A stretch of DNA of 64,000 nt. It comes from Erysipelotrichaceae bacterium. GTDB taxonomy: Bacteria; Bacillota_I; Bacilli_A; ML615J-28; CAG-313. The notes beneath the pieces were generated by a model. It had not been told where the DNA came from. It was given only the letters and a program-made list of their open reading frames with translations, and ran no database searches. Each line of letters starts with the position of its first letter. Positions within the stretch are counted from its first letter, which is position 1. Both the position numbers and the translations under genes were made by a program. Of this stretch, positions 29,094 to 38,740 are shown one piece after another. The stretch covers positions 1,451-65,450 of the forward strand of contig SVBG01000007.1 in NCBI GenBank assembly GCA_015059015.1. The letters run 5' to 3'.

Positions 29094-29122
29094 ATTATAC
29101 ACTATAAAATTAATTTTGTCAA
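29094..29122 (-). promoter_or_regulatory. Consensus sigma-A promoter of the DUF2089 operon
   Basis: Minus-strand TTGACA, exactly 17 nt, TGTATAAT. GAGGTGA Shine-Dalgarno before ATG 29075. Confidence 0.6.
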
Positions 29123-29183
29123 CTAAAATAATTAATTATATTAATTTTTAAATTAATAAAATTAATAATAAAATTAATTACAT

Positions 29184-29216
29184 TAAAAAAAAGACGTAAC
29201 TTTACGTCTTCTTTTT
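29184..29216. terminator. Bidirectional-type terminator hairpin
   Basis: Stem aagacgtaa/ttacgtctt flanked by an A-run and a T-run. Confidence 0.5.
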
Positions 29217-29223
29217 ATATATC

Positions 29224-29820
29224 TTATTTCTTTTTCCAAAGTTTTCCTAAAATCACAAGTCTATTTTCTAAAAAATCTTTTAATAATTTAATATTATCAT
29301 TTGATAAATTTTCATCATACTCATAATACCACTTGTCATGATTAAGTTTAATAGAAACTTTCATCGAATCAACCAATTCATCTAAATTTTCAAGATAATT
29401 TTCCACCGCTTTTACTGTATAAAGATTATATCTTTCAATAACAATATCATTAAATTCTGAAATGTTAATCATTGCTCTAAAAAATATATTAGAAAAAGTA
29501 ACTCGGTCACTTACATCAAAGTTTTGATTTGGTTTCCCGGTAAACTCACCAACATATAGAGAAAAATCATAATCCCAAATAGGCCCAAAATTTAATTTAT
29601 TTTTTTCATCAATATCATCTGAAGTATTTGTATAATACATATTAAATGATTTATACATATGATCAACTTCTCCCATTATCTGATCAATAATTAAATAATC
29701 AATTAAAGAATTAACATTTATTTCTTTTTTTATTTTATCAGCATTATTATTAGCAAAAGCATCAATGATTTCTTTTACATATACCTTTGTAGACTTTATT
29801 TTTTTAAAAAAAGAGTAGTT
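29224..29820 (-). pseudogene. 5'-truncated CotH-like kinase family gene remnant (C-terminal third only)
   Basis: WDYDFSLYVG resembles the CotH W-D-x-D-x-S-x-G block, recalled from memory. The frame is open for about 48 codons upstream of the first Met, with no start codon, back to a TAG inside the upstream terminator. Confidence 0.4.
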
Positions 29821-29838
29821 TAACTACTCTATTTTAAT
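29803..29838. terminator. Terminator ending the polysaccharide-locus transcript
   Basis: Stem agagtagtt/aactactct flanked by A and T runs. Confidence 0.5.
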
Positions 29839-29844
29839 TCAATT

Positions 29845-30189
29845 TTATTCATATTTTGCATATAATTTAATATTATAATTAGGCATTGGAATAGGAATAT
29901 ATTCTTCAGTTAGTTCTTTATCTATAAACCATCCAACAAATATTTTACCTTCAATAACAGGAGCTTCAGGTAAAATAATTTCAGCTCCTTTTTTTAAATA
30001 AATCGGTTCCAATTCTTTTCCTTCTTCAATAATAAAACGAACACGTAGTTTGCGATAAATTCCATACTTAAATATCAAAAAAATCCATGGAGACATTAAA
30101 ATAATTAATAATAGCACCATTACAATATACCAAGTAGGATTATAAATATCGTTTGCATTTTCAGTAAGAAATACTAAATTATTTATCAT
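29845..30189 (-). CDS. Small membrane-anchored protein with a Listeria-Bacteroides (Flg_new-type) repeat
   Basis: N-terminal TM helix. C-terminal IFVGWFIDKELTEEY...NIKLYAKYE resembles the Flg_new repeat. Start set to ATG 30189. Confidence 0.4.
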   Translation of the reverse strand: MINNLVFLTENANDIYNPTWYIVMVLLLIILMSPWIFLIFKYGIYRKLRVRFIIEEGKELEPIYLKKGAEIILPEAPVIEGKIFVGWFIDKELTEEYIPIPMPNYNIKLYAKYE

Positions 30190-30928
30190 TATTAAACATC
30201 TCACTTTCTTTTTCTAATTTATTAATAATATTATCCCATTTAATTTTATCTTTATTTCTTTTTAAGTTTTTAGCAATATCAGATAAATTATTATATATAA
30301 TAATCAAATCATTAAGTACGCCTTCATTAGGCATCTTTTTATAAATATACTTCATTTTTTTCATTGCAACAAGATAAAACAAATAGGCTGTTTTATATTT
30401 ATTTAAAGATTTGTAATAATCACCTTTAAAAATGTTAACTAAGATAAAATATTGTTCATCTTCATACACTTTAGATTTTCTTGATAACTTTACAGCATAT
30501 TTATATGCTTTAGGCATAAATCTTTCAAAAGATGTGCAATCATTAATTTCTAAACACACCCACAACAACTGAACATATGTTTCCAATACTTTATTTAATG
30601 TATCAATAAAATTATTAGAATTATTCTTCAGCTCTTCTTCATAAAAGTAAATTAACTTTTCATAATACATACATGAAGGTAAAATATCTTTTTTATTACA
30701 AGTAATAGTATATATTTTATTATAATATTTAGCAATTTTCATATATAATTCTAATAAAACATTTTTATCTTCAACAGAATCAGTAATATGAAATACCTCT
30801 TCAGCTTTTAAAATAGCAATTTTCAATTCATTACAACTATTACTAAGCATCCCATCTTCAAAATACTTATCAGCCATAGAAATACTATTATGCATTTCAT
30901 TTCTTAAGATATTAATATCTTTATTCAA
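30179..30928 (-). CDS. Hypothetical helical cytoplasmic protein
   Basis: TTG start with an AGGTGA Shine-Dalgarno 5 nt upstream. No family recognised. Confidence 0.4.
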   Translation of the reverse strand: MNKDINILRNEMHNSISMADKYFEDGMLSNSCNELKIAILKAEEVFHITDSVEDKNVLLELYMKIAKYYNKIYTITCNKKDILPSCMYYEKLIYFYEEELKNNSNNFIDTLNKVLETYVQLLWVCLEINDCTSFERFMPKAYKYAVKLSRKSKVYEDEQYFILVNIFKGDYYKSLNKYKTAYLFYLVAMKKMKYIYKKMPNEGVLNDLIIIYNNLSDIAKNLKRNKDKIKWDNIINKLEKESEMFNNDK

Positions 30929-30957
30929 TATATTTCACCTACCATCTACTAGTCAAT

Positions 30958-32124
30958 TTAAAAACCACTTTTTTCATGAAGGTCATGAAGTTCTTTTGCT
31001 TTATCCTCATTATAACGATCTAATCCTTTAATTGATTGTACAGCAAGTTTATTTTTTTTAAATAAAGCATAAAACCATCTTTGGATATAAAAATACGGTA
31101 ACAAAATAGGAATTTTCTTTAAAATATGATTTCTCGCCTTCATATATTTAAATGAAGGAAAAATTAATCTAAATATATACAAGAATTTGTTACTCTTAAA
31201 ATTATTCGCACCATCTTTACCAAGCAATATTTTCACAGATTGTTCATGAATAAGATTACCGTGTGTACCACTATCAAAGATATATTTACTCATGTCTTCT
31301 TCTAATTCCGTAGTTTCAAGTCCCTTAAACCATTTAATAGTCATATTTTTAAAGTTCTCTGCAAATTTCAAAAGATTTAGTTTTTCAAATTCACCATTAA
31401 TATAATCAAAATTTAGAACATTTTCATAATGTTTCAAATAAATCCATTCATCAAAGACAAATCTAAAACCAATTCCACCTACAGCATAATGTCTTGCAAC
31501 ATGAGCAACCATATGAACATAAAAATCCTCTAAGCTCATTTCATATAATAAAGAACCTTCTTCAACAGGTTTTATAACTTCCCAAATATTACTATAATAA
31601 TCAGCAATTTGTTCAAAGTTACCATCTACCATTATACGATGCATTTCAACATTCAAAAATGGTGGTTTAAAATATTCATCATCAGTCCCACCACTTTTTT
31701 CACATTTATATCCAAGAGATGTTAAAACCTGATTTACCGTTTTACTCTTATTTGATTCAAACAAAATATCAATATCCGTCATTGTTCTAAGTTCAGGACT
31801 AGGATATAAATACTTTAAAACCGATCCTTTTAAAGGCATACATTTAATATTATTTTCACATAAAGAATCTAATATCAATTTTTTTTCTGATTCTTGAACT
31901 GCCTCAACAAATATTGCATTTTTATATTGTTTACTTAAAAAAGTTTCTTGTTCTTCAGTTAATTCTATATTATAATGTTTTAAAGAAACATATAATAGCG
32001 GTAGCATTGAATGACTTTTACATAATTTAATTAAATAATTAATATCTAAATCATTTGTTTTATCAAATGATTCTTTTTTATTTATGTAATCAATAATAAT
32101 TTGAATTTTTTGATAAAACATCAT
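30958..32124 (-). CDS. Nucleotidyltransferase family protein (uncharacterised NTP_transf_5-like, Pol-beta superfamily)
   Basis: Minimal nucleotidyltransferase motif GS...DIDIL (LKGSVLKYLYPSPELRTMTDIDILFE). 388 aa. Confidence 0.5.
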   Translation of the reverse strand: MMFYQKIQIIIDYINKKESFDKTNDLDINYLIKLCKSHSMLPLLYVSLKHYNIELTEEQETFLSKQYKNAIFVEAVQESEKKLILDSLCENNIKCMPLKGSVLKYLYPSPELRTMTDIDILFESNKSKTVNQVLTSLGYKCEKSGGTDDEYFKPPFLNVEMHRIMVDGNFEQIADYYSNIWEVIKPVEEGSLLYEMSLEDFYVHMVAHVARHYAVGGIGFRFVFDEWIYLKHYENVLNFDYINGEFEKLNLLKFAENFKNMTIKWFKGLETTELEEDMSKYIFDSGTHGNLIHEQSVKILLGKDGANNFKSNKFLYIFRLIFPSFKYMKARNHILKKIPILLPYFYIQRWFYALFKKNKLAVQSIKGLDRYNEDKAKELHDLHEKSGF

Positions 32125-32142
32125 AAACTCCTTTAAAATTAA

Positions 32143-33282
32143 TTATTTTTTCCAAACTACTTTATTTACAATAGTTGTATAAGATTGAACAATACGAACT
32201 ACTTTATCTGACACATTTTCATCAACATAATCAGGTACTGGAATACCTAAATCTTTATTATCATTCATAGATACAGCAAGTTCAACAGTGTTAATTAAAG
32301 TATCCCCTTCAAGTCCAGCAAGTACAAAGCATCCTTTATCTAATGCTTCAGGACGTTCAGTAGAGGTACGAATGCATACAGCAGGGAAACTTTGACCTTT
32401 ACTTAAATAATAACTTGATTCTTCAGGTAAAGTTCCTGAGTCAGAAATTACCGCAAATGCATTCATTTGTAAATTATTATAATCATGGAAGCCAAGAGGT
32501 TCATGCATAATAACACGTTTATCTAATACAAATCCAGTTTTTTCCAACTTTTTCTTACTTCTTGGGTGACAAGAATAAAGAAGTGGCATATCATATTTTT
32601 CAGCAAGTTTATTAATACCACTAAATAAACTAATAAAGTTAGCGTCATTATCAATATTTTCTTCACGATGTGCCGATAATAACATATAACCTTTTTTCTT
32701 TAAACCTAATTTTTCTAAGATATTAGAGGCTACAATTTTATTATAATTTGCTTCTAACACTTCAGCCATCGGACTTCCAGTTACAAATGTTCTTTCTTTT
32801 GCAACACTAGATGCATTTAAATAGCGTCTTGCATGTTCAGAATAACACATATTTACATCAGAAATAATATCAACAATTCTTCTATTAGTTTCTTCAGGTA
32901 AACATTCATCAAAACATCTATTACCAGCTTCCATATGGAAAATAGGAATATGAAGACGTTTAGCAGCAATAACTGATAAACAAGAATTCGTATCACCTAA
33001 AACTAATACTGCATCAGGTTTTACTTCTACCATTAAATTATAACTTGAGGCAATAATATTTCCCATTGTATCACCTAATGATCCACCTACAACGTTTAGG
33101 TAATAATTAGGTTCTCTTAATCCTAAATCTTCAAAAAACACTTGATTTAGGCTATAATCATAGTTTTGACCAGTATGAACTAAAATATGATCAAAATATT
33201 TATCACATTTTTTAATTACTTCTGATAATCTAATAATCTCAGGACGAGTTCCTACAATAGTCATTAATTTTAATTTACTCAT
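32143..33282 (-). CDS. fnlC: UDP-N-acetylglucosamine 2-epimerase (non-hydrolysing), FnlC/Cap5G-type
   Basis: MKLMTIVGTRPEIIRLS N-terminus typical of this family. Sits in an fnlA-fnlB-fnlC arrangement. Confidence 0.75.
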   Translation of the reverse strand: MSKLKLMTIVGTRPEIIRLSEVIKKCDKYFDHILVHTGQNYDYSLNQVFFEDLGLREPNYYLNVVGGSLGDTMGNIIASSYNLMVEVKPDAVLVLGDTNSCLSVIAAKRLHIPIFHMEAGNRCFDECLPEETNRRIVDIISDVNMCYSEHARRYLNASSVAKERTFVTGSPMAEVLEANYNKIVASNILEKLGLKKKGYMLLSAHREENIDNDANFISLFSGINKLAEKYDMPLLYSCHPRSKKKLEKTGFVLDKRVIMHEPLGFHDYNNLQMNAFAVISDSGTLPEESSYYLSKGQSFPAVCIRTSTERPEALDKGCFVLAGLEGDTLINTVELAVSMNDNKDLGIPVPDYVDENVSDKVVRIVQSYTTIVNKVVWKK

Positions 33283-34450
33283 GTTTTTCTCCTACTTCTA
33301 AAAAATATGTATCTGGATGTTCTGGATCAAAGCATTCATTACACCACATAAATGTTATAAGTTTATCTGTTTTAGATAAATTTACAATTTCATGTGTATA
33401 TCCTAGTGGAATATCTACAACTTGAATTTTTTCACCAGTTACATAATATTCAATAATTTCATCACTATCAGGTTTTCTAAATCTAATTAAACCAGTCCCA
33501 CTTACAACAACAAATTTCTCAACCTTTGCGTAAGTATGATAATGGAACCCTTTAGTAATACCTGGTTCAGAGATATTCACTGAAAATTGGCCATGATATT
33601 CTGTTCTTAAAATTTCAGTAAACGATCCACGATGATCACAATTCATTTTTAAATCATAACTAAACTCATTTTTAGGTAAATATGATGTAAAAGTTGAATA
33701 TAATTTTTTTGAAAATAAACATTTTACATTAGGTGTAGCAAGTTTATTTTCAGAGTTTGCATTTCTTCCAGATTTAAAAGAATATAATAAATCAGCAATT
33801 TCACCTAAAGTCTTTTGATAAGTTACTGGAACTATAGCATACTCACCATCATAATGTTCATCACCACTTAAAGCAAGAATTAATTCCTCAACTATATCAC
33901 CAACGTATACAAGTGTAAGCATGGTATCACGACTATTAATAGAAATAGGTAAATCATTTGCAATGTTATAACACATTGTTGTTACAAAACTATTATAATT
34001 AGGTCTACATCCCATTCCAAAAACATTTGGGAAACGATAAACTAATACTTTTGCACAAGTTTCTTTACCATAAGAAAACATCAATTCTTCACCTTTACGT
34101 TTAGAAAGACCATATGGATTATCAAGCGCAGCTTGTGTAGATGAAGAAATCATCACTGGACACTTATTATTATTTTTCTTTAATGAATCAAGTAAAACAT
34201 TAGTAAAGCCAAAATTACCTTCCATGAATTCAGATTCATCTTTGGGACGATTAACACCAGCTAAATGAAATACAAAATCACATTTTTTAGTAAATTCATC
34301 TAATAAACTAATATCAGTATTAATGTCAAATTCATAAACTTCTTCTACTTCAATAACTCTTGTTTTATCTTTTTTTTCTTTTATATTATTAAGTGCTGTA
34401 ACAAGGTTTTTACCAACAAAACCTAGTGCACCAGTAACTAAAACTTTCAT
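33275..34450 (-). CDS. fnlB: FnlB/Cap5F-type reductase (N-terminal Rossmann plus C-terminal cupin), UDP-L-FucNAc pathway
   Basis: GALGFVGKNL Rossmann motif and a C-terminal cupin-like half. Overlaps fnlC by 8 nt. Confidence 0.65.
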   Translation of the reverse strand: MKVLVTGALGFVGKNLVTALNNIKEKKDKTRVIEVEEVYEFDINTDISLLDEFTKKCDFVFHLAGVNRPKDESEFMEGNFGFTNVLLDSLKKNNNKCPVMISSSTQAALDNPYGLSKRKGEELMFSYGKETCAKVLVYRFPNVFGMGCRPNYNSFVTTMCYNIANDLPISINSRDTMLTLVYVGDIVEELILALSGDEHYDGEYAIVPVTYQKTLGEIADLLYSFKSGRNANSENKLATPNVKCLFSKKLYSTFTSYLPKNEFSYDLKMNCDHRGSFTEILRTEYHGQFSVNISEPGITKGFHYHTYAKVEKFVVVSGTGLIRFRKPDSDEIIEYYVTGEKIQVVDIPLGYTHEIVNLSKTDKLITFMWCNECFDPEHPDTYFLEVGEKHE

Positions 34451-34462
34451 ATTTTTTACCTT

Positions 34463-35491
34463 TTAATATTTTCCACCAAATAGTGTTAATTTCTTTAATA
34501 ATTCTTTCATTCCTTCAACGTCTAAACGTTCAGTGTTATGAGAGTGATATTGTTCAATAGTTTCTAAATCTTTATTACCTTTATTAGTAAAATTATCATA
34601 ATTTAAATTACGATTATCAGCATGAATACGATAGAATCCAGGTAAACTTTCTGCTCTTAACATTTCTTCAGTAGTAACAAGCACTTCATAAAGTTTTTCA
34701 CCATGACGTGTTCCTATAACTTTATAGCCAACATCACTACCTTTTAATTCAAGAACTGCTTTTGCAAGTGTTTCAATAGTTGCAGCAGGTGCTTTTTGAA
34801 CAAATAAATCACCTTGTTCACCATGTTCAAATGCATATAAAACAAGATCTACTGCATCATTTAATGTCATCATAAAACGTGTCATATCAGGATTAGTGAT
34901 AGTTAATTGTTTTCCTTCTTCTATTTGATCACAGAATAATGGAATTACAGACCCACGTGAAGCCATAACATTACCATATCTTGTTAAACAGAATACTGGA
35001 TCGCCTTCAACCATTTGGCGGCTTCTTGCAACAACATTCTTTTCCATCATTGCTTTACTCATACCCATCGCATTAATAGGATAAGCTGCTTTGTCTGTTG
35101 ATAAGAAAATAGCTTTCTTAACACCACAAGTAACACATGCATCAATTACATTATTTGATCCAATTACGTTAGTTTTAACAGCTTCCATAGGGTAGAATTC
35201 ACATGAAGGAACTTGTTTTAATGCCGCAGCATGGAAAACATAGTCAACACCTCTAAAAGCACCAACAATCGAATTATAATCACGAACATCACCGATATAG
35301 AATTTAATTTTTTCTACATATTCAGGATATTCAATTTGATATTTATGTCTCATATCATCTTGTTTCTTTTCATCACGAGAAACAATTCTAATTTCTTTAA
35401 TATCAGATGTTAAAAATCTATTTAACACTGCATTACCAAAAGAACCTGTTCCTCCTGTAATTAATAAAATTTTATCCTTAAAAATAGACAT
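34463..35491 (-). CDS. fnlA: UDP-N-acetylglucosamine 4,6-dehydratase/5-epimerase FnlA/Cap5E-type
   Basis: ITGGTGSFGNAV motif. 342 aa, the typical size. Confidence 0.75.
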   Translation of the reverse strand: MSIFKDKILLITGGTGSFGNAVLNRFLTSDIKEIRIVSRDEKKQDDMRHKYQIEYPEYVEKIKFYIGDVRDYNSIVGAFRGVDYVFHAAALKQVPSCEFYPMEAVKTNVIGSNNVIDACVTCGVKKAIFLSTDKAAYPINAMGMSKAMMEKNVVARSRQMVEGDPVFCLTRYGNVMASRGSVIPLFCDQIEEGKQLTITNPDMTRFMMTLNDAVDLVLYAFEHGEQGDLFVQKAPAATIETLAKAVLELKGSDVGYKVIGTRHGEKLYEVLVTTEEMLRAESLPGFYRIHADNRNLNYDNFTNKGNKDLETIEQYHSHNTERLDVEGMKELLKKLTLFGGKY

Positions 35492-35508
35492 ATAAATTAC
35501 CTCTTATT

Positions 35509-37362
35509 TTATTTTTTAAACCTAATTATATAATTATCAAAAAAATGTGTATTTCCAATAGAACCATAATGGTTCATAAAACAACTTGAAATATAATCTT
35601 GTTTCCAAGTTTTTCCATCATCAAAGCTAAATGCCATCTCACCTCTTTGACCACAAAAGACTAATACACCATTTAATTTTTGAAAGAAAAAGCATGGTTC
35701 TTTAGCGTCAAAAATACACTCAAAATTATTTCGATTATTTAAATTTGAAATATCACCTATAAATACCCCAGTACTACTATGAGAAATTCCTAAACCTGTT
35801 AATTTTTTCAACGATTCATTAGCTTCTAATTCTAAAGTATCATGGTCAGATGCAAAAATTACATGTTTTTCATCTTTACACAAAATCATTCCCAATGTAC
35901 GTTGAACTGATAATTTATCAGAAGTTAGTTTATAAATATCCAAATTCTCATAAGCATGTTTTATTGAAAAAGTATCAGACTCTTTCATTTGAACATATAA
36001 AACCCATCCATTCGGATAAATTTCTCCAGTTCCAATAAGCCAACCATCCTTAACACGATTAATATGATGGATGTGGCGACAACAAATATTATGAGTACTT
36101 TGAGAAACACATTCTCTTAATTCAAAAGTATTTTCATCTAAAACTTTTACTTTAAATAATAAATTATTACCACAAGATAGACTATTAATATTATTATTTA
36201 ATAACCATTTTAAATTAGAATCTACTTGATCCTCACCTAATAAAGAAATGATATTACCAGTTACTAAATTGTGTTTTTCTTTAGTCCAAAAAGTTAAACA
36301 ATTTGTATCCATAATTTTTGAAACTAGAATTTCATTAGACCAATTAAATTTATTGTCTTGATTATATAATAATTCACGTTTCTTAAATTTCAATGAATTT
36401 TCTTTATAAGTCAAATTATATTTGTAATTTACTATTGCATTACCATAATTATGACCCCAAGTGTTTTCATCACCTTGAATAAATTCATAATTACCAGAAT
36501 CAGCAAATTCATATTTACAAAACCAACTTCTCCCTCCATCTGAAGAAGTAAAAATACAAACGCGCACTCCAACATTACGATTACTACGATATGTACCTAT
36601 AATATTCATTTTACTATCATTTATCGTAGAACCAATAAAATGAAATGAATTTGACTCAGGATGTCTTGAATAAACATAGAATCTCGGTAAGATAATCTTT
36701 CTTCCATTTTCATAATACGAAAAAGATTTTCCAAATCCACCATTATTAAATTTATCTTTGAATTTTGGATCAGTATTTAACATAGGATGAAAACGATAGT
36801 TTTCATCAGGTAAACCTGGATAATATCTTTCAAAACATTCACAATCTATATTTTGTGATGGAAATTTAGCAGTTTCTAAATCCCACACAACACTTTCTTC
36901 AAAATTTAAAACATCTTCTTCTAAAAAAGTAGCTTCATATTCTTTCCCTCTCGCAGGAAAATTATGATAAATTTGTCCTTTATTAGTAATTACAACTAAT
37001 CTAATTACCTTAACATATCTACTTTTAGATACCTCACGCATGTAAGGTAAAAAAGCACACAAATCAACTGAACTTCCAGGAATTAACCCAGGAAATTTTT
37101 TTTCATTAAAAGAAATTTTAAATTTCATTAATTTATTTGCAAAATTAGGATATAGTATTAAATTATTTTTATGAATACATAAAACCTGATTATCATACGC
37201 AGCTACAATTTTATTTACTTTGTATGGTTTTCTATAAATACAATAATCATCAGTCTCAGAATACTTTAAATATCCAAAAATAGTCTTTGCATTATACAAA
37301 TTACTTGATTTGTTATCTAATAGAATTTTTTTAATTTTGATTACTTTGCTCTTGATTGACAT
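35509..37362 (-). CDS. Hypothetical cytoplasmic protein with BNR/Asp-box motifs (sialidase-like beta-propeller signature) inside the polysaccharide locus
   Basis: Asp-boxes SSDGGRSW and SFDDGKTW. No signal peptide. 617 aa. Confidence 0.45.
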   Translation of the reverse strand: MSIKSKVIKIKKILLDNKSSNLYNAKTIFGYLKYSETDDYCIYRKPYKVNKIVAAYDNQVLCIHKNNLILYPNFANKLMKFKISFNEKKFPGLIPGSSVDLCAFLPYMREVSKSRYVKVIRLVVITNKGQIYHNFPARGKEYEATFLEEDVLNFEESVVWDLETAKFPSQNIDCECFERYYPGLPDENYRFHPMLNTDPKFKDKFNNGGFGKSFSYYENGRKIILPRFYVYSRHPESNSFHFIGSTINDSKMNIIGTYRSNRNVGVRVCIFTSSDGGRSWFCKYEFADSGNYEFIQGDENTWGHNYGNAIVNYKYNLTYKENSLKFKKRELLYNQDNKFNWSNEILVSKIMDTNCLTFWTKEKHNLVTGNIISLLGEDQVDSNLKWLLNNNINSLSCGNNLLFKVKVLDENTFELRECVSQSTHNICCRHIHHINRVKDGWLIGTGEIYPNGWVLYVQMKESDTFSIKHAYENLDIYKLTSDKLSVQRTLGMILCKDEKHVIFASDHDTLELEANESLKKLTGLGISHSSTGVFIGDISNLNNRNNFECIFDAKEPCFFFQKLNGVLVFCGQRGEMAFSFDDGKTWKQDYISSCFMNHYGSIGNTHFFDNYIIRFKK

Positions 37363-38731
37363 ATTTTTTACCTTCTTTTTTTAAAGTAATTTGAGACATA
37401 ACAAATGTTGAAATAGTTAATATTAAGAAATAAGTTATTACACCGACCCATGTAACCGATACAACACCATAATTTAATGCACAATAATATTTAAGTGGTA
37501 AACTAATAACACTAAAAATAATATAATTAATTATTTGAAAAACAATCTTTTTAGTTGAATTTAAGATCATAAAATATGGATTAGTAATCGAAACTATAAT
37601 TTGATATAAACACATTCCAACAAGCAACATATAATCTGGTTTAACAACACCATCGGTTAATATCTTCAATGCAGGTGAAATTAAAACCAAAACTCCTACT
37701 GATGCTAAGAATGATAAAGCGAAAGAAACTAAAGTTATTTTATTAGTAGCTTTTTTCACCCATTGAACATCACCTCTAGCAAGTGCATCACCATTAGCAG
37801 TCCACATAGGAGTACTTAACATAGCACTAACTACACTAATCATACTAACAATTTTGTACATAATTGAGTACGATGTTACTTCGGCTAGTCCTTGTGCTTT
37901 AGCAACAATAAAATTATCAATTGAAAGACTTAATGTTGTAAAAATAGAAAGAATAAAAAACATAATCCCTACTTTTAACAAATCTTTAACATATTTTTTA
38001 TCAAAAAATTTAAATTTAATTTTAACTTCTTTCTTTTGAAACAAAAAGAATACTACAGTATTTAAAACAGAAATAATTACTGTTACTAAGGAAGATGCCC
38101 AAATTAGCGCAAGAGGTCCTAAATTAGTATACGATAAACCTATAATTGCTATTAAATTAATAATATTACCAGCAATTTGCCATAAATTATATTTAAATCC
38201 TTCTTGATATGCAAGTTCAACTCTATTTATCAATGAAAAAGGAACATTTACAATTCGTGGGATAACAATTGCTAAAACAACTGCTCCTGCTATTGCTATT
38301 GTATCTGCTGATTCTGCATTAACAATTTCAGCCCAATTTAGAAAAGGGTATATTATTAAAAAGACAACTAATAATAAAACACTAATTCCTGTTAATAAAA
38401 TATAAGATGAAGAAATTAATTTTCGTGATTCATTAACATCTTTATATTTTCTACTTAACTCAGTTTGCAATCCACTGCCTAAACCTAAATCAGCATATGT
38501 AAACATTGTAAATAATGAAACTACAGCACTCCATAGACCATAGACTTCCTCACCCATATACCTTAAATTAATTTTTACAGTAATTAATGGTGTTAAAACT
38601 GCAATTATTTTAGCAAGCATTGCAGTAATAGCAGTTAGTGCAATACCTCTTAATCTAATATATTCATCATCATTTTCATAGTTTTTCTTACTACCAAAGA
38701 TGATTTTTAAATAAAATAATAATTGTTTCAT
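37331..38731 (-). CDS. wzx: Wzx-type oligosaccharide flippase (MOP/polysaccharide biosynthesis protein family)
   Basis: 466 aa with about 12 TM segments and family-typical sequence. Confidence 0.65.
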   Translation of the reverse strand: MKQLLFYLKIIFGSKKNYENDDEYIRLRGIALTAITAMLAKIIAVLTPLITVKINLRYMGEEVYGLWSAVVSLFTMFTYADLGLGSGLQTELSRKYKDVNESRKLISSSYILLTGISVLLLVVFLIIYPFLNWAEIVNAESADTIAIAGAVVLAIVIPRIVNVPFSLINRVELAYQEGFKYNLWQIAGNIINLIAIIGLSYTNLGPLALIWASSLVTVIISVLNTVVFFLFQKKEVKIKFKFFDKKYVKDLLKVGIMFFILSIFTTLSLSIDNFIVAKAQGLAEVTSYSIMYKIVSMISVVSAMLSTPMWTANGDALARGDVQWVKKATNKITLVSFALSFLASVGVLVLISPALKILTDGVVKPDYMLLVGMCLYQIIVSITNPYFMILNSTKKIVFQIINYIIFSVISLPLKYYCALNYGVVSVTWVGVITYFLILTISTFVMSQITLKKEGKKYVNQEQSNQN

Positions 38732-38740
38732 ATTGGCTCC

